From positions 1-28,284 of the forward strand of contig JAVKHO010000025.1 in assembly GCA_031459915.1 (NCBI GenBank): a stretch of 28,284 bases of DNA. Direction: 5' to 3'. Every line of letters begins with the position of its first letter. The first letter of the stretch is position 1. Below, piece by piece: positions 1 to 8,818 of the stretch. The DNA is from Candidatus Tepidifontimicrobium thermophilum. Its GTDB lineage: Bacteria > Sysuimicrobiota > Sysuimicrobiia > Sysuimicrobiales > Sysuimicrobiaceae. The notes below the pieces were generated by a model, which saw only the letters and a program-made list of their open reading frames with translations, was not told where the DNA came from and ran no database searches. A program made the position numbers and the translations under genes.

Positions 1-219
1 CAGCACCGTAAGGGTACGGGCTTGGGTCAGCTGCTCGGCTTGCTGCCGCACCCGGCTTGCGGCGCCGGGGGCAGGGAGCCGGTCGAGGACCTCGGCCCGA
101 CGGGCGAGCTTAGCCCCCAGCAGTTCCCTGGTCAGCTCTACGCCCAGCTCGTTACTAGGGGCCAGGGCCTGGGCTCTGCGCAGTCGGGGTTCGCTCGGGG
201 AAGGGCCACGAACACGCAC
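1..219 (-). pseudogene. N-terminally truncated fragment resembling stand-alone Cas1/casposase-like integrase; runs off the window edge
   Basis: Manual translation of 219->1 has no stop: VRVRGPSPSEPRLRRAQALAPSNELGVELTRELLGAKLARRAEVLDRLPAPGAASRVRQQAEQLTQARTLTVL. It matches, from recall, the LRRAQALA...G.E..RELL.AKL linker/helix segment of solo Cas1 proteins. Only about 50 bp separate it from the upstream gene stop. Confidence 0.6.
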
Positions 220-271
220 CGGCGCGCCCGGACGGCCACGGGCCTCTCCTGTACCCGGCCTACCACGCCGC

Positions 272-2347
272 TCAGTGGGACTCCGCGGCCTGGCGGCGGT
301 GGGCCGCCTCCTCCACCACCTTCTGGGCGATGTGAGACGGGACCTCCTCGTAGTGGGAGAAGCTCATCTCGAAGAACCCGCGGCCGCCCGTGATGGACCG
401 CAGGTCGCTGGCGTACCGGAGCATCTCCGCCATGGGCACCTGGGCCCGCACGGTGGTGGTGCCGTCGCCGTTGGGCTCCATCCCCTGGATGCGGCCCCGC
501 TTGCCGTTGAGGTCGCCGATCACGTCCCCCACCAGGTCGTCCGGGACGGTGACGGACACGTTCATGATGGGCTCCAGGAGCACCACCCCGGCCTGCTCCG
601 CGGCCTTCTTGAACGCCAGCGACCCCGCGATCTGGAAGGCGATGTCCGACGAGTCCACGGGGTGGGTCTTGCCGTCCACCAGGGTCACCCGCACGTCCAC
701 CACCGGGTAACCCGCCAGCACACCCTCCTCCATGGCCTTGCGGACCCCTTTGTCCACCGACGGCCGGAACTGCTGCGGGATGGCGCCGCCGAAGATCCTG
801 TCCACGAACTCGTACCCCGTGCCGCGGGGCAGCGGCTCGATCTCGATGGTGCACACCCCGTACTGGCCGCGGCCGCCTGTCTGCTTCACGTAGCGGCCCT
901 CCGCGGTCGCCTTCTTCCGGACGGTCTCCCGGTACGGCACGTGGGGCTGGCCCAGCTGGACTTCCACGTGGAACTTGCGCCGCAGACGGTCCGCCACGAT
1001 CTCCAGGTGGGACTCGCCTAACCCTGACAGGATGGTCTTCTTGGACTCCGGGTCGTGCTCCACGTGCAGGGTGGGGTCCTCCTCCGCTAGCCGGGCCAGG
1101 GCCTGGCCGAGCTTGTCCTCGTCCTGCTTGCTCTTCGGCTCCACGGTCATGGAGATGGCGGGCCTGGGGAACTCCACGGGCCGCAGCCGCACGGGGTGGT
1201 CCTTGCTGCACAGGGTGTCGTTGGTCTGGGTCTCGCTGAGCTTGGCCACGGCGCCCAGGTCCCCCGCGGGGACCTCCGATACCGGGATCTGCTGCTTGCC
1301 CCGGAGCAGGTACAGCTGGCCCACGCGCTCCGCGCGCTCCTTGTTGGCGTTGTACACCTGGGAGTCCGAACGCAGGGTGCCCGAGTACACGCGGAAGTAG
1401 GAGAGCCGGCCCACGTACGGGTCCGCCATGGTCTTGAATACCAACGCGGCCAGGGGCCCCGAGGGGTCCGGGCGGAGCGTCTGCCCGTCCACGGACACCT
1501 CCGCGGGCCGGTCCGCGGGACTCGGCACCAGATCCACCACCAGGTCCAGCACACTCTGCGCCCCCAGCCCCGAAGTGGCCACCGCGCACACCACGGGCAC
1601 CACCCGCCCCGAGGCCACGCCGGCCCGCAGGCCCCCGCGCAGCTCGTCCTCCGACAGCTCGCCCTGCTCCAGGTACTTCTCCAGGAGGGCGTCGTCGGAC
1701 TCTGCGGCTCGCTCCAGCAGTTTTTCCCGCCAGCTCAGGGCCTCGTCCCGTGCGTCCTCAGGCAGCTCCGCCTCCCTGGCCCGTCCCCCCTCGTACGTGA
1801 ACGCCCGCATGCCCACCAGGTCCACCACGCCGCGGAGGGCCGTCTCGGAACCCAGGGGGACCTGCAGGGGGACCACGTGGGCTCCGAACCGCGCCTGCAG
1901 GGACTCCACGGCCCGGGCGAACTGCGCGTTTTCCCGGTCCAGGCGGTTCACCACCACCAGGCGCGGCAGCCCGTGCTGGTCGGCCACCTTCCACAGCTTT
2001 TCGGTCTGCACCTGGACCCCGCTGAGGGCGTCCACCACGAACAGGGCCGCGTCCGCCACCCGGAGCGCCGCGTGCGCCTCGCCCACGAAGTCGGGGTAGC
2101 CAGGGGTGTCGATCAGGTTCACCTTGTGGTCCCGCCACTCCAGGGGAGCGGTGGCGGCGTTGATGGTGATCTTCCGCCGGACCTCCTCCGGGTCGAAGTC
2201 CGTGGTGGCGGTCCCGTCGTCCACGCGCCCCATACGCTCCGTGGCCCCCGCGCAGAACAGCAACGCTTCCACCAGGCTGGTCTTGCCCACGCCCCCGTGC
2301 CCTACGACCGCCACGTTCCGGATGCGTTCCACCGGGTAGGTCTTCAC
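272..2347 (-). CDS. fusA: Elongation factor G-like GTPase (EF-G2/EF-G II type)
   Basis: 691 aa. G1 GHGGVGKTS, DTPGY, G4 NRLD, LAEEDPTL, GLGESHLEI, KQTGGRGQYG, HPVDSS, LLEPIM, DLRSITGGRG. GTG start with GGGAGG RBS. Not in the rpsL-rpsG-tuf operon. Confidence 0.93.
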   Translation of the reverse strand: MKTYPVERIRNVAVVGHGGVGKTSLVEALLFCAGATERMGRVDDGTATTDFDPEEVRRKITINAATAPLEWRDHKVNLIDTPGYPDFVGEAHAALRVADAALFVVDALSGVQVQTEKLWKVADQHGLPRLVVVNRLDRENAQFARAVESLQARFGAHVVPLQVPLGSETALRGVVDLVGMRAFTYEGGRAREAELPEDARDEALSWREKLLERAAESDDALLEKYLEQGELSEDELRGGLRAGVASGRVVPVVCAVATSGLGAQSVLDLVVDLVPSPADRPAEVSVDGQTLRPDPSGPLAALVFKTMADPYVGRLSYFRVYSGTLRSDSQVYNANKERAERVGQLYLLRGKQQIPVSEVPAGDLGAVAKLSETQTNDTLCSKDHPVRLRPVEFPRPAISMTVEPKSKQDEDKLGQALARLAEEDPTLHVEHDPESKKTILSGLGESHLEIVADRLRRKFHVEVQLGQPHVPYRETVRKKATAEGRYVKQTGGRGQYGVCTIEIEPLPRGTGYEFVDRIFGGAIPQQFRPSVDKGVRKAMEEGVLAGYPVVDVRVTLVDGKTHPVDSSDIAFQIAGSLAFKKAAEQAGVVLLEPIMNVSVTVPDDLVGDVIGDLNGKRGRIQGMEPNGDGTTTVRAQVPMAEMLRYASDLRSITGGRGFFEMSFSHYEEVPSHIAQKVVEEAAHRRQAAESH

Positions 2348-2362
2348 GTCCGGCCCTCCCGT

Positions 2363-3325
2363 TCAGTATCCTGCTTCCCTATCTACCACGTTCCGCAGCG
2401 GCTCTCCCGCCACGTACCGCTTCAGGTTGTCGCAGAACAGCTCGACCACGCGGTCCATGTACCCGTGGAAGCTGCCCGCCACGTGGGGGCTCAGGAGCAC
2501 GTTGGGCAGGCCCCACAGGGGGCTTTCGGGGGGCAGGGGTTCGACGGCAAAGGTGTCCAGGGCGGCTCCCCGCAGCCGGCCTTCCCGTAGCGCCTCCACC
2601 AGGGCCGCCTCGTCCACCAGCCCGCCACGCCCCACGTTCACCAGCACCGCGCCCGGCTTCATCCACCCCAGCTGCTCCCGCCCCAGCAGCCCCCGGGTGG
2701 ACGGTACCAGAGGAAGGGTCAGGACGACGTAGTCCGACTTCCGCAGCACCTCCTCCAGCCCCTCCGGCCCCACCACCCGGTCCACGTGGGGGGTGGGCCG
2801 GGGACGCCGCCGCATCCCCCACACCTGCGCCCCGCACGCCTTACACAGGCGCGCCACCTCCTGTCCTACAGACCCCAGGCCCAGCACGCCCACCGTGCAG
2901 CCCGCCAGCTGCCCGCCCTCGTCCCGCTGCCACCGCCGCTGCCTCTGGTGCTCCACGTGCACGTGGAGGTTCCGGGCGAACATGAGGAGCCAGCCCAGCA
3001 CGTGTTCCGCCAGCGGGGTGGCGTGGATGCCCCGGCTGTTGGTGATCAGCACCTCGGACCGCCACAGAGCCCCGCCCAACAGGTGGTCCACGCCCGCGGA
3101 GGTCACGTGCACCCACCGCAGCCGCGGGGCCCTCTCCACCCAGGCGTCCGGGACCGCCCAGCTCACCAGGACCTCCGCGTCGGGCAGGTGTGCTTCCGCC
3201 TCCTCCCGCCGCACCACCCGCACGTCCACCTCCGGCCCGCAGCTGCGGATGAGCTCCGCGTGGTGGGGCTGCATCCGCGCGGTGCACAGCACAGTCAACG
3301 GTCGGCTGCGGCGGCTACGGAGCAT
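2363..3325 (-). CDS. D-2-hydroxyacid dehydrogenase family protein
   Basis: SAGVDH, GLGSVG Rossmann motif, NVGRG, LDTFAVEPLP, SPHVAG. Start placed at ATG 3325, overlapping the LysRS stop; the ORF-track extension to 3454 lies inside LysRS. Confidence 0.9.
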   Translation of the reverse strand: MLRSRRSRPLTVLCTARMQPHHAELIRSCGPEVDVRVVRREEAEAHLPDAEVLVSWAVPDAWVERAPRLRWVHVTSAGVDHLLGGALWRSEVLITNSRGIHATPLAEHVLGWLLMFARNLHVHVEHQRQRRWQRDEGGQLAGCTVGVLGLGSVGQEVARLCKACGAQVWGMRRRPRPTPHVDRVVGPEGLEEVLRKSDYVVLTLPLVPSTRGLLGREQLGWMKPGAVLVNVGRGGLVDEAALVEALREGRLRGAALDTFAVEPLPPESPLWGLPNVLLSPHVAGSFHGYMDRVVELFCDNLKRYVAGEPLRNVVDREAGY

Positions 3326-4919
3326 ACCTGACAGGCTGCCGACCCGAGGCCTCCCGCAGCCGGCGGACCACGAACTCCCGGCCCAGGGCGGCCAGCATGG
3401 CCCCGGCCTGGGGGCCGCTGCTCTTGCCCAGAAACGCCACGTACACGGCGCCAAACGCCTCCTGGGCCGAAAGCCCCAGCTCCGCCTTCAGACCGTGAAG
3501 GGTGGCCTGCACGGTATCAGGCTCCAGCTCTCCGGCCTCCAGGCGGTCCGCCAGGCGAGCCAGCAGCTCGCGCTGCGCCCCGGTGAGGGAGGCAACCTCC
3601 GGCGGCAGCGACTGCGTGACCGCGACACGGTAGTGCGGCGGGGCCCACTTCTCCAGCCACCGCCGCGCGTCCTCCACCCGCGCCCGCAGCTCCTCGCGAT
3701 CGGCTTCCGTGAGGGGGGCTCGCTTCTCCCGCTCCACCTGTTCCTCGACCCGCACGTGGGGCATCTGCACCCAGAAGGCCACCTTGGCAAAGCGCGGCCG
3801 GACGAACGGCCGGGGAGGGTCGGGACGGATCCACGCGTAGTGGAAGGTGCGGGCCAGATCCCGGACGTCCTGCTGTTCGCCCGGCGTCCGCGCGGGGAGC
3901 TCACCGAAGTACGCGGCCGCGGCCCGGTCGTACTCGTCGTACAGCCGCGGGACGGTCTCGCCGCCGGGGTCGAAGTCGATGGCGGTCCGGTAGTAGGCCC
4001 GCACCACCAGAAAGCGCACCAGCTCCGGGCGCAGCACGTCCAGCAGCTCCCGTGCGCTCACCCCGCCGCGGCTGCTGGCCATCTTCTTCCCGCCCACCAG
4101 GAAGAACTCGTACGGGATGGGGAAAGGGACCTCCACGCCGAAGATGCGCCGCGCCACCACGGAGGCGGTGTCGTGGCTGCCGCCCCGGGTCATGTGGTCC
4201 TTGCCGGCACCCTCCACCTTCACCCCGAAGTGCGCCCACTTCGCCGCCCACTCGGTGCGGTAGGTGAGCTTCGCACCCCCGCCAAACGGCGACCGCCGGC
4301 CCCGGTGGCCGCAGCCCTGGGCCCACGCCACCTTGTCCGGCCGGCACTCGTACTCCACCGCCTGTCCGTCCCAGCCCAACACCACCGTGGTGCCGATGCG
4401 GCCGCACCGTTCGCACAACACCTGCACCGGGTGGCGCTCCGCCCGCCGGCTGCCGGTGATCTCCCGCTCGATGGCCACGATCTCCGCGGCACGGTCCAAA
4501 GCCACCCGCAACGCGGGGTCGAACGCTCCGGTGCGGTACAGGTGGCTGGTCCGGTACGTGCGGGGCGTGCACCCCACGGCCCGGAAGACGGACTCGAACT
4601 CCCGGGCGAAGTGGTCCGCGAAGCTCGGAGCGTCGGCCCCGTGCCACGGCACGTCGCACAGAGGCCGGCCCATGTGGGGGCGGTAGAAGTCCTCCGGGAG
4701 CGAAGGCGGCAGTCCGTCCAGAGGGTCGAAGTCGTCGAACCCGTACAGGAAGTCCACGGGCTGCCCGCGCTCCCGCAGGCCGCGCGCCACCGCGTCGTGC
4801 AGGATCACGCCCCGCAACGACCCCACGTGGGCGGGTCCAGACGGCGTCCACGCGTCGTTCACCACGTACGGCGCGGCGCGCTCCTCACAGATCCGCTCCA
4901 CCAGGACGTCCACCCACAC
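3315..4919 (-). CDS. lysS: Class I lysine--tRNA ligase
   Basis: TPSGPAHVGS (HIGH-like), DDFDPL, CERCG and C...CGH zinc motifs, EWAAKW, EGAGKDH, PYEFF, KMASSRG (KMSKS-like), C-terminal GKSSGPQAG. Confidence 0.95.
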   Translation of the reverse strand: MWVDVLVERICEERAAPYVVNDAWTPSGPAHVGSLRGVILHDAVARGLRERGQPVDFLYGFDDFDPLDGLPPSLPEDFYRPHMGRPLCDVPWHGADAPSFADHFAREFESVFRAVGCTPRTYRTSHLYRTGAFDPALRVALDRAAEIVAIEREITGSRRAERHPVQVLCERCGRIGTTVVLGWDGQAVEYECRPDKVAWAQGCGHRGRRSPFGGGAKLTYRTEWAAKWAHFGVKVEGAGKDHMTRGGSHDTASVVARRIFGVEVPFPIPYEFFLVGGKKMASSRGGVSARELLDVLRPELVRFLVVRAYYRTAIDFDPGGETVPRLYDEYDRAAAAYFGELPARTPGEQQDVRDLARTFHYAWIRPDPPRPFVRPRFAKVAFWVQMPHVRVEEQVEREKRAPLTEADREELRARVEDARRWLEKWAPPHYRVAVTQSLPPEVASLTGAQRELLARLADRLEAGELEPDTVQATLHGLKAELGLSAQEAFGAVYVAFLGKSSGPQAGAMLAALGREFVVRRLREASGRQPVRYAP

Positions 4920-4997
4920 GGGAGACCCTCAAGGAACCGTTGTCACGACGTCCCCGGAGCCGGCTCCTGGCCTGAGGACGCCGGCCTCCGTCGGTCC

Positions 4998-6344
4998 CTA
5001 GGATACCGGTGCCGCGGGCGCCCGTGCCACCAGCCACTTCCGCGCGGGACCTGCCACGAAGAACGACCCGGTGACCACCAGCAGGTCCTCCGGCCCGCAG
5101 CACCTCAGGCCCTCTGCCACCGCCGCCTCGCAGTCCTCCACCACCCGGACCCGCGGGTGCGCCTCCCGCAGCGTCTGCGCCAGCTCGCCCGCAGGCACCG
5201 CCCGCACGTGCTGGGCCGTGGTGACCACCACCTCGTCCGCGCAGGGCAGCACCTCCTGCGCCGTCTGCCAGGTCTCGTGACCCCGGACCATCCCCAGCAC
5301 CAGCACCACCCGCCGGTCCGGGAACAGCTCCTCCAGGGTAGCCCGCAGGGCGCGCATGGAAGCGGGGTTGTGCGCCACGTCCACCAGCACCCACGGACGC
5401 TGTCCCACCAGCTCCTGGCGGGCCGGCCAGCGCACCCGGGCAAGGCCCTCCCGCACCAACTGCGGGTCGGGGCGTTCGCCGTCCCTCGCCAACCACGCCT
5501 CCACCGCGGCCACCGCCACCGCGGCGTTGGTGGCCTGGTGCCGACCCAGCAACGGCACCCAAAGCCCTCCGTACCGCTGCAGCGGCGTTTGTACCGACAG
5601 GCGCACGCCGCTCAGCTCGCTGGCCTCCACGTGGAACTGCACCTCCGACCCCACACGCACGCGCCGGGCACCGAGCTCGCGGCAGGTCGCCTCCAGGACC
5701 TCCTCCGCCTCCGGGGACTGCGGGGCACACACCACGAGCCCCCCGGGCCGGATGATGCCCGCCTTCTCCCGGGCGATCTCCCGCAGGGTGCTACCGAGCA
5801 CGTCCGTGTGGTCGTAGGAGATGGGGGTGACCACGGAGACCTCGGGGTGGCACGCGTTGGTGGCGTCCAGCCGGCCGCCGATCCCCACCTCCAGCACGGC
5901 TCGCTGCACCCCTTCTTCCACGAAGTACCGCGCCGCCAGGGCCACGGACACCTCGAAGTACGTGGGCTTGCCCCACGGGTCGCGTGCCCCCGCCTCCACC
6001 GCGGGGACGGTGTCCTGCACGAGCCGGGCCAGCCGCTCGGGAGGGACCAGGACGTCGTTGATGCGGATGCGCTCCCGGTAGTCCTGTAGGTGCGGCTTCG
6101 AGTAGAAGCCCACCCGCTGCCCGTGGGCCTGGAGGATGGACACCAGCATGGCGGCCGTGGACCCCTTGCCCTTGGTGCCCGCCGCCAGCACCGAGCGGAG
6201 CCGGTCCTGCGGGTCCCCCAGACGCCGCAGCAGGGCCTGGATCCGCTGCAGCTTGATCTCCGCGTAGGGGACTGCAGAACGCTCGTAGTTCAGCAGACCG
6301 TCCAGCCACTCCAGGGCGCGAGGGTAGTCCCACGCCGCTCTCAC
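4998..6344 (-). CDS. folC: Folylpolyglutamate synthase/dihydrofolate synthase
   Basis: [70 protein letters not shown] overlap with folD. Confidence 0.95.
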   Translation of the reverse strand: MRAAWDYPRALEWLDGLLNYERSAVPYAEIKLQRIQALLRRLGDPQDRLRSVLAAGTKGKGSTAAMLVSILQAHGQRVGFYSKPHLQDYRERIRINDVLVPPERLARLVQDTVPAVEAGARDPWGKPTYFEVSVALAARYFVEEGVQRAVLEVGIGGRLDATNACHPEVSVVTPISYDHTDVLGSTLREIAREKAGIIRPGGLVVCAPQSPEAEEVLEATCRELGARRVRVGSEVQFHVEASELSGVRLSVQTPLQRYGGLWVPLLGRHQATNAAVAVAAVEAWLARDGERPDPQLVREGLARVRWPARQELVGQRPWVLVDVAHNPASMRALRATLEELFPDRRVVLVLGMVRGHETWQTAQEVLPCADEVVVTTAQHVRAVPAGELAQTLREAHPRVRVVEDCEAAVAEGLRCCGPEDLLVVTGSFFVAGPARKWLVARAPAAPVS

Positions 6345-7201
6345 CGATCCCCTCCTTCCACCTGCAGGCGCGCGGCCCGAAGGGTGTTGCGCAGCAACAT
6401 GGCCACCGTCATGGGCCCAACGCCTCCCGGCACGGGGGTGATCCAGCCTGCCACCTCCCGGACCGCGTCGAAGTCCACGTCACCCACGATCCGGTCGTCC
6501 TGCCGGGTGATCCCCACGTCCACCACCACCGCACCCGGCTTGACCATGTCTGCGGTCACTAGGCGCGGCCTACCCACCGCGGCCACCAGCACGTCCGCCT
6601 GCCGGGTGTGGGCACCTAAGTCCCGGGTGCGGGAGTGGCACAGGGTGACCGTGGCGTGTTCGGCCAGCAACAGCAGGGCCGTGGGCTTGCCCACCAGGTT
6701 GCTGCGGCCCACCACCACGGCCCGCGCGCCCGCCAGGTGCACTCCCGTGGACCGCACCAGCTCCAACACGCCCAGAGGCGTGCAGGGCACGAGCTGCGGG
6801 CGGCCCAGGCTCAGGCGTCCCGCGTTGTACGGGCTCAGCCCGTCCACGTCCTTGCGGGGGTCCAGGCGTTCGAACACCGACTCGGGGTCCAGGTGCTCGG
6901 GCAACGGCAGCTGCGGCAGGATCCCGTGCACGTCCTCCCGCGCGTTCAACCGGTCCACCAGGTCCAGCAGCTCCTGCTGCGAGGTCCGGGCGGGCAGGTG
7001 AAAGGTCTCTGACCGGATGCCCACCGCCGTGGCGGCGCGCGCCTTGTTGCGGACGTACAGGGCGGAAGCCGGGTCGTCGCCCACCAGGATGGCGGCCAGG
7101 GCGGGGCTGGTTCCGTGGCGGGCGGTGAAGGCTTCCACCTCCCGCTGCACCTCCTCGCGGATCCGCGCGGCCAGGGCGCGACCGTCCAGGATCTCGGCCA
7201 T
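6341..7201 (-). CDS. folD: Methylenetetrahydrofolate dehydrogenase/cyclohydrolase
   Basis: [49 protein letters not shown] 7201 with GGAGG upstream. Confidence 0.96.
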   Translation of the reverse strand: MAEILDGRALAARIREEVQREVEAFTARHGTSPALAAILVGDDPASALYVRNKARAATAVGIRSETFHLPARTSQQELLDLVDRLNAREDVHGILPQLPLPEHLDPESVFERLDPRKDVDGLSPYNAGRLSLGRPQLVPCTPLGVLELVRSTGVHLAGARAVVVGRSNLVGKPTALLLLAEHATVTLCHSRTRDLGAHTRQADVLVAAVGRPRLVTADMVKPGAVVVDVGITRQDDRIVGDVDFDAVREVAGWITPVPGGVGPMTVAMLLRNTLRAARLQVEGGDR

Positions 7202-7295
7202 GCTGGAGATTCCTCCGGCGAACGTGGGTCGGCCGCCCGACTCGGGCAACCGAACCCTACGTTACCACACGGGAAAAGGGGCGTGCGGGCTCCTG

Positions 7296-8021
7296 TTAGG
7301 GCGGCGAACCCGCGGGGCTGAAGTCCGCGCAGATCCGGCAGCTAGCGCCCGGCTGGCTGCTGACCACCACGTCCTGGGAGTTCACCACCACCGCCCGCAG
7401 CTTGAACCGAACGGGCCAGTCCTTCTGCGTGAGCACGGGGTTGAAGCGGCGTTCCAGCTCCCTCAGCACGGGCTCCGGTACGGGGAAGCCGTTCACCCGG
7501 AGCCGGTCCAGCCGGAAGTACATCTCGGGCCCGCCCTCCACAACGAAGGTACCCCGCAGCTCCACGGGCAGCTGGGCTCCCCACAGGGGGACCACACCCC
7601 GGCCGTACACGTACCCGCGCTCGCTCCACAGGCGGACCCGCTGCCCCGGCGTCAGCTGGGAGAAGTACTGCTCGAGGTTTTCGAAGCTCACCCGCATGTG
7701 CAGGGCGCTGTCGCGGACCCCGTCTGCCTGGAACTGCCCCCGGCGCAGGGCCTGCGGGTTGAAGCTCACGCCCACCAGCCGCACCCACGCCTCGTCCACC
7801 CGGAAGCCGTCGGACAGGGTCGCCCGGGCTGCGTACACACTCACCCGCGCGTAGCCCCCCTCGTACAGGTCCGGTACCGCGTCCACCCGCAGGACCCTGG
7901 CCTCCCGGAAGAAGCTGGCCACCGCCTGGCGCACCAACGCTTCGTCCGCCGACGCGACGGGCGCCACCCACAGTGCCGAGAGGGCCACCAGGCTCAGGGC
8001 GGCAGCGGGCCAGGACCGCAT
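7296..8021 (-). CDS. Exported protein, LmeA/DUF2993-like
   Basis: Signal-peptide-like N-terminus ending ASA-D. Beta-rich body with FNPVL..KDWP and .L..V.V pattern near the C-terminus, as in DUF2993/LmeA-type proteins (recall). Confidence 0.55.
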   Translation of the reverse strand: MRSWPAAALSLVALSALWVAPVASADEALVRQAVASFFREARVLRVDAVPDLYEGGYARVSVYAARATLSDGFRVDEAWVRLVGVSFNPQALRRGQFQADGVRDSALHMRVSFENLEQYFSQLTPGQRVRLWSERGYVYGRGVVPLWGAQLPVELRGTFVVEGGPEMYFRLDRLRVNGFPVPEPVLRELERRFNPVLTQKDWPVRFKLRAVVVNSQDVVVSSQPGASCRICADFSPAGSPP

Positions 8022-8107
8022 CCGGCTCCCCCCGAAGCCGCGTTTGCAGGATCTGTGCCGCGAACGCCGCAGTCTCCGGACGCCTCCCGGACCACGGTGC
8101 GCTGGGC

Positions 8108-8181
8108 TGGAGCGGGAGACGGGAATCGAACCCGCACCACCAGCTTGGAAGGCTGGGGCTCTACCATTGAGCTACTCCCGC
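8108..8181 (-). tRNA. tRNA-Gly (TCC)
   Basis: GCGGGAGTAGCTCAATGGTAGAGC...CCAGC-CTTCCAA-GCTGG...GGTTCGATTCC...CTCCCGCTCCA. Full cloverleaf, U73, encoded CCA. Confidence 0.97.
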
Positions 8182-8203
8182 CCGCGAAGCGGTCTCCTGA
8201 GAA

Positions 8204-8290
8204 TGGTGGGCGGGGAAGGATTCGAACCTCCGAAGGCATTCCGCCAGCTGATCTACAGTCAGCCCCCTTTGTCCGCTCGGGCACCCGCCC
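8204..8290 (-). tRNA. tRNA-Tyr (GTA)
   Basis: GGGCGGG acceptor stem, anticodon arm GCTGA-CTGTAGA-TCAGC, long variable arm, GGTTCGAATCC, A73, CCA. Confidence 0.96.
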
Positions 8291-8301
8291 AGCCAACTGC
8301 G

Positions 8302-8330
8302 ATTGTAGGTTCGGCCCCAGTCGGGGTCAA
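8302..8330 (-). promoter_or_regulatory. Sigma70-type promoter for tRNA-Tyr/tRNA-Gly
   Basis: TTGACC-17 bp-TACAAT, ending 11 nt before the mature tRNA 5' end. Confidence 0.75.
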
Positions 8331-8731
8331 GGCGCACGGCGGCGTCGAGCCGCCGACGCCTGCTTTCCGGAAGTCCCCGCAAGCCGTTCCTGCAGGACCT
8401 CCGCGAGGACCACGGCGTTGTTGTGCCGTTCGTCGCGGGCGCCGAACACGAGGGTGACGGTATCGTGCCGCGCCCGTTCCGCGAGCTGCTGGACGAGCTC
8501 CCGCGCCGGGCTGCGGGACAGTTCCTCCCGGTACCGCCTGCGGAACTCCTCCCACTTGACCGGGTCGTGGCCGAACCACCGGCGCAGCCGGTCGCTGGGT
8601 GCCAGCTCGCGCGCCCACAGGTCCACCCGCGCCGCCTCCTTGCTAAGCCCCCGCGGCCACAGCCGGTCCACCAGGACCCGGAAGCCGTCCTGCGGTTCCG
8701 GCGGCTCGTACACGCGCCGCACCCGCAGCAT
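8327..8731 (-). CDS. DUF488/YeaO family protein
   Basis: RVYE, DGFRVLVDRLWPRGLSKE, ELAPS..LRRWFGHDP, F..RY..EL, HNNAVVL. Confidence 0.9.
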   Translation of the reverse strand: MLRVRRVYEPPEPQDGFRVLVDRLWPRGLSKEAARVDLWARELAPSDRLRRWFGHDPVKWEEFRRRYREELSRSPARELVQQLAERARHDTVTLVFGARDERHNNAVVLAEVLQERLAGTSGKQASAARRRRAP

Positions 8732-8738
8732 CAACCGT

Positions 8739-8747
8739 ATTATCCCA
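8739..8747 (-). promoter_or_regulatory. Putative extended -10 for leaderless DUF488 transcript
   Basis: TGgGATAAT, 7 nt before ATG 8731; no Shine-Dalgarno. Confidence 0.45.
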
Positions 8748-8818
8748 CGGTCCGGAGCCCTGGACCCCGGAGCCCGGGACGTGCAAAATGGTGGGCGGAC
8801 TCTGTCGGGGAGGTCGGG

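Noticed and set aside
22..393. Plus-strand 123-aa ORF
   Set aside because: Low-complexity, no recognisable motif, overlaps the fusA2 3' end antisense; it mirrors the Cas1-like frame on the other strand.
138..1589. 483-aa minus-strand ORF
   Set aside because: Alternative frame of fusA2, rich in Arg/Gly/Pro as expected for high-GC shadow ORFs.
4920..4997. Possible T-box or lysine riboswitch before lysS
   Set aside because: Only 78 bp; no T-box sequence (UGGNACC), terminator or lysine-riboswitch core.
2793..6089. 1098-aa plus-strand ORF
   Set aside because: Antisense to three well-supported genes; stop-codon scarcity at high GC explains its length and it has no domain signature.
7202..7295. 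ZTP (pfl) or THF riboswitch before folD
   Set aside because: Conserved motifs such as GACUGGCG...CCACCGGGGAGC...CGCCUGGGC are absent.
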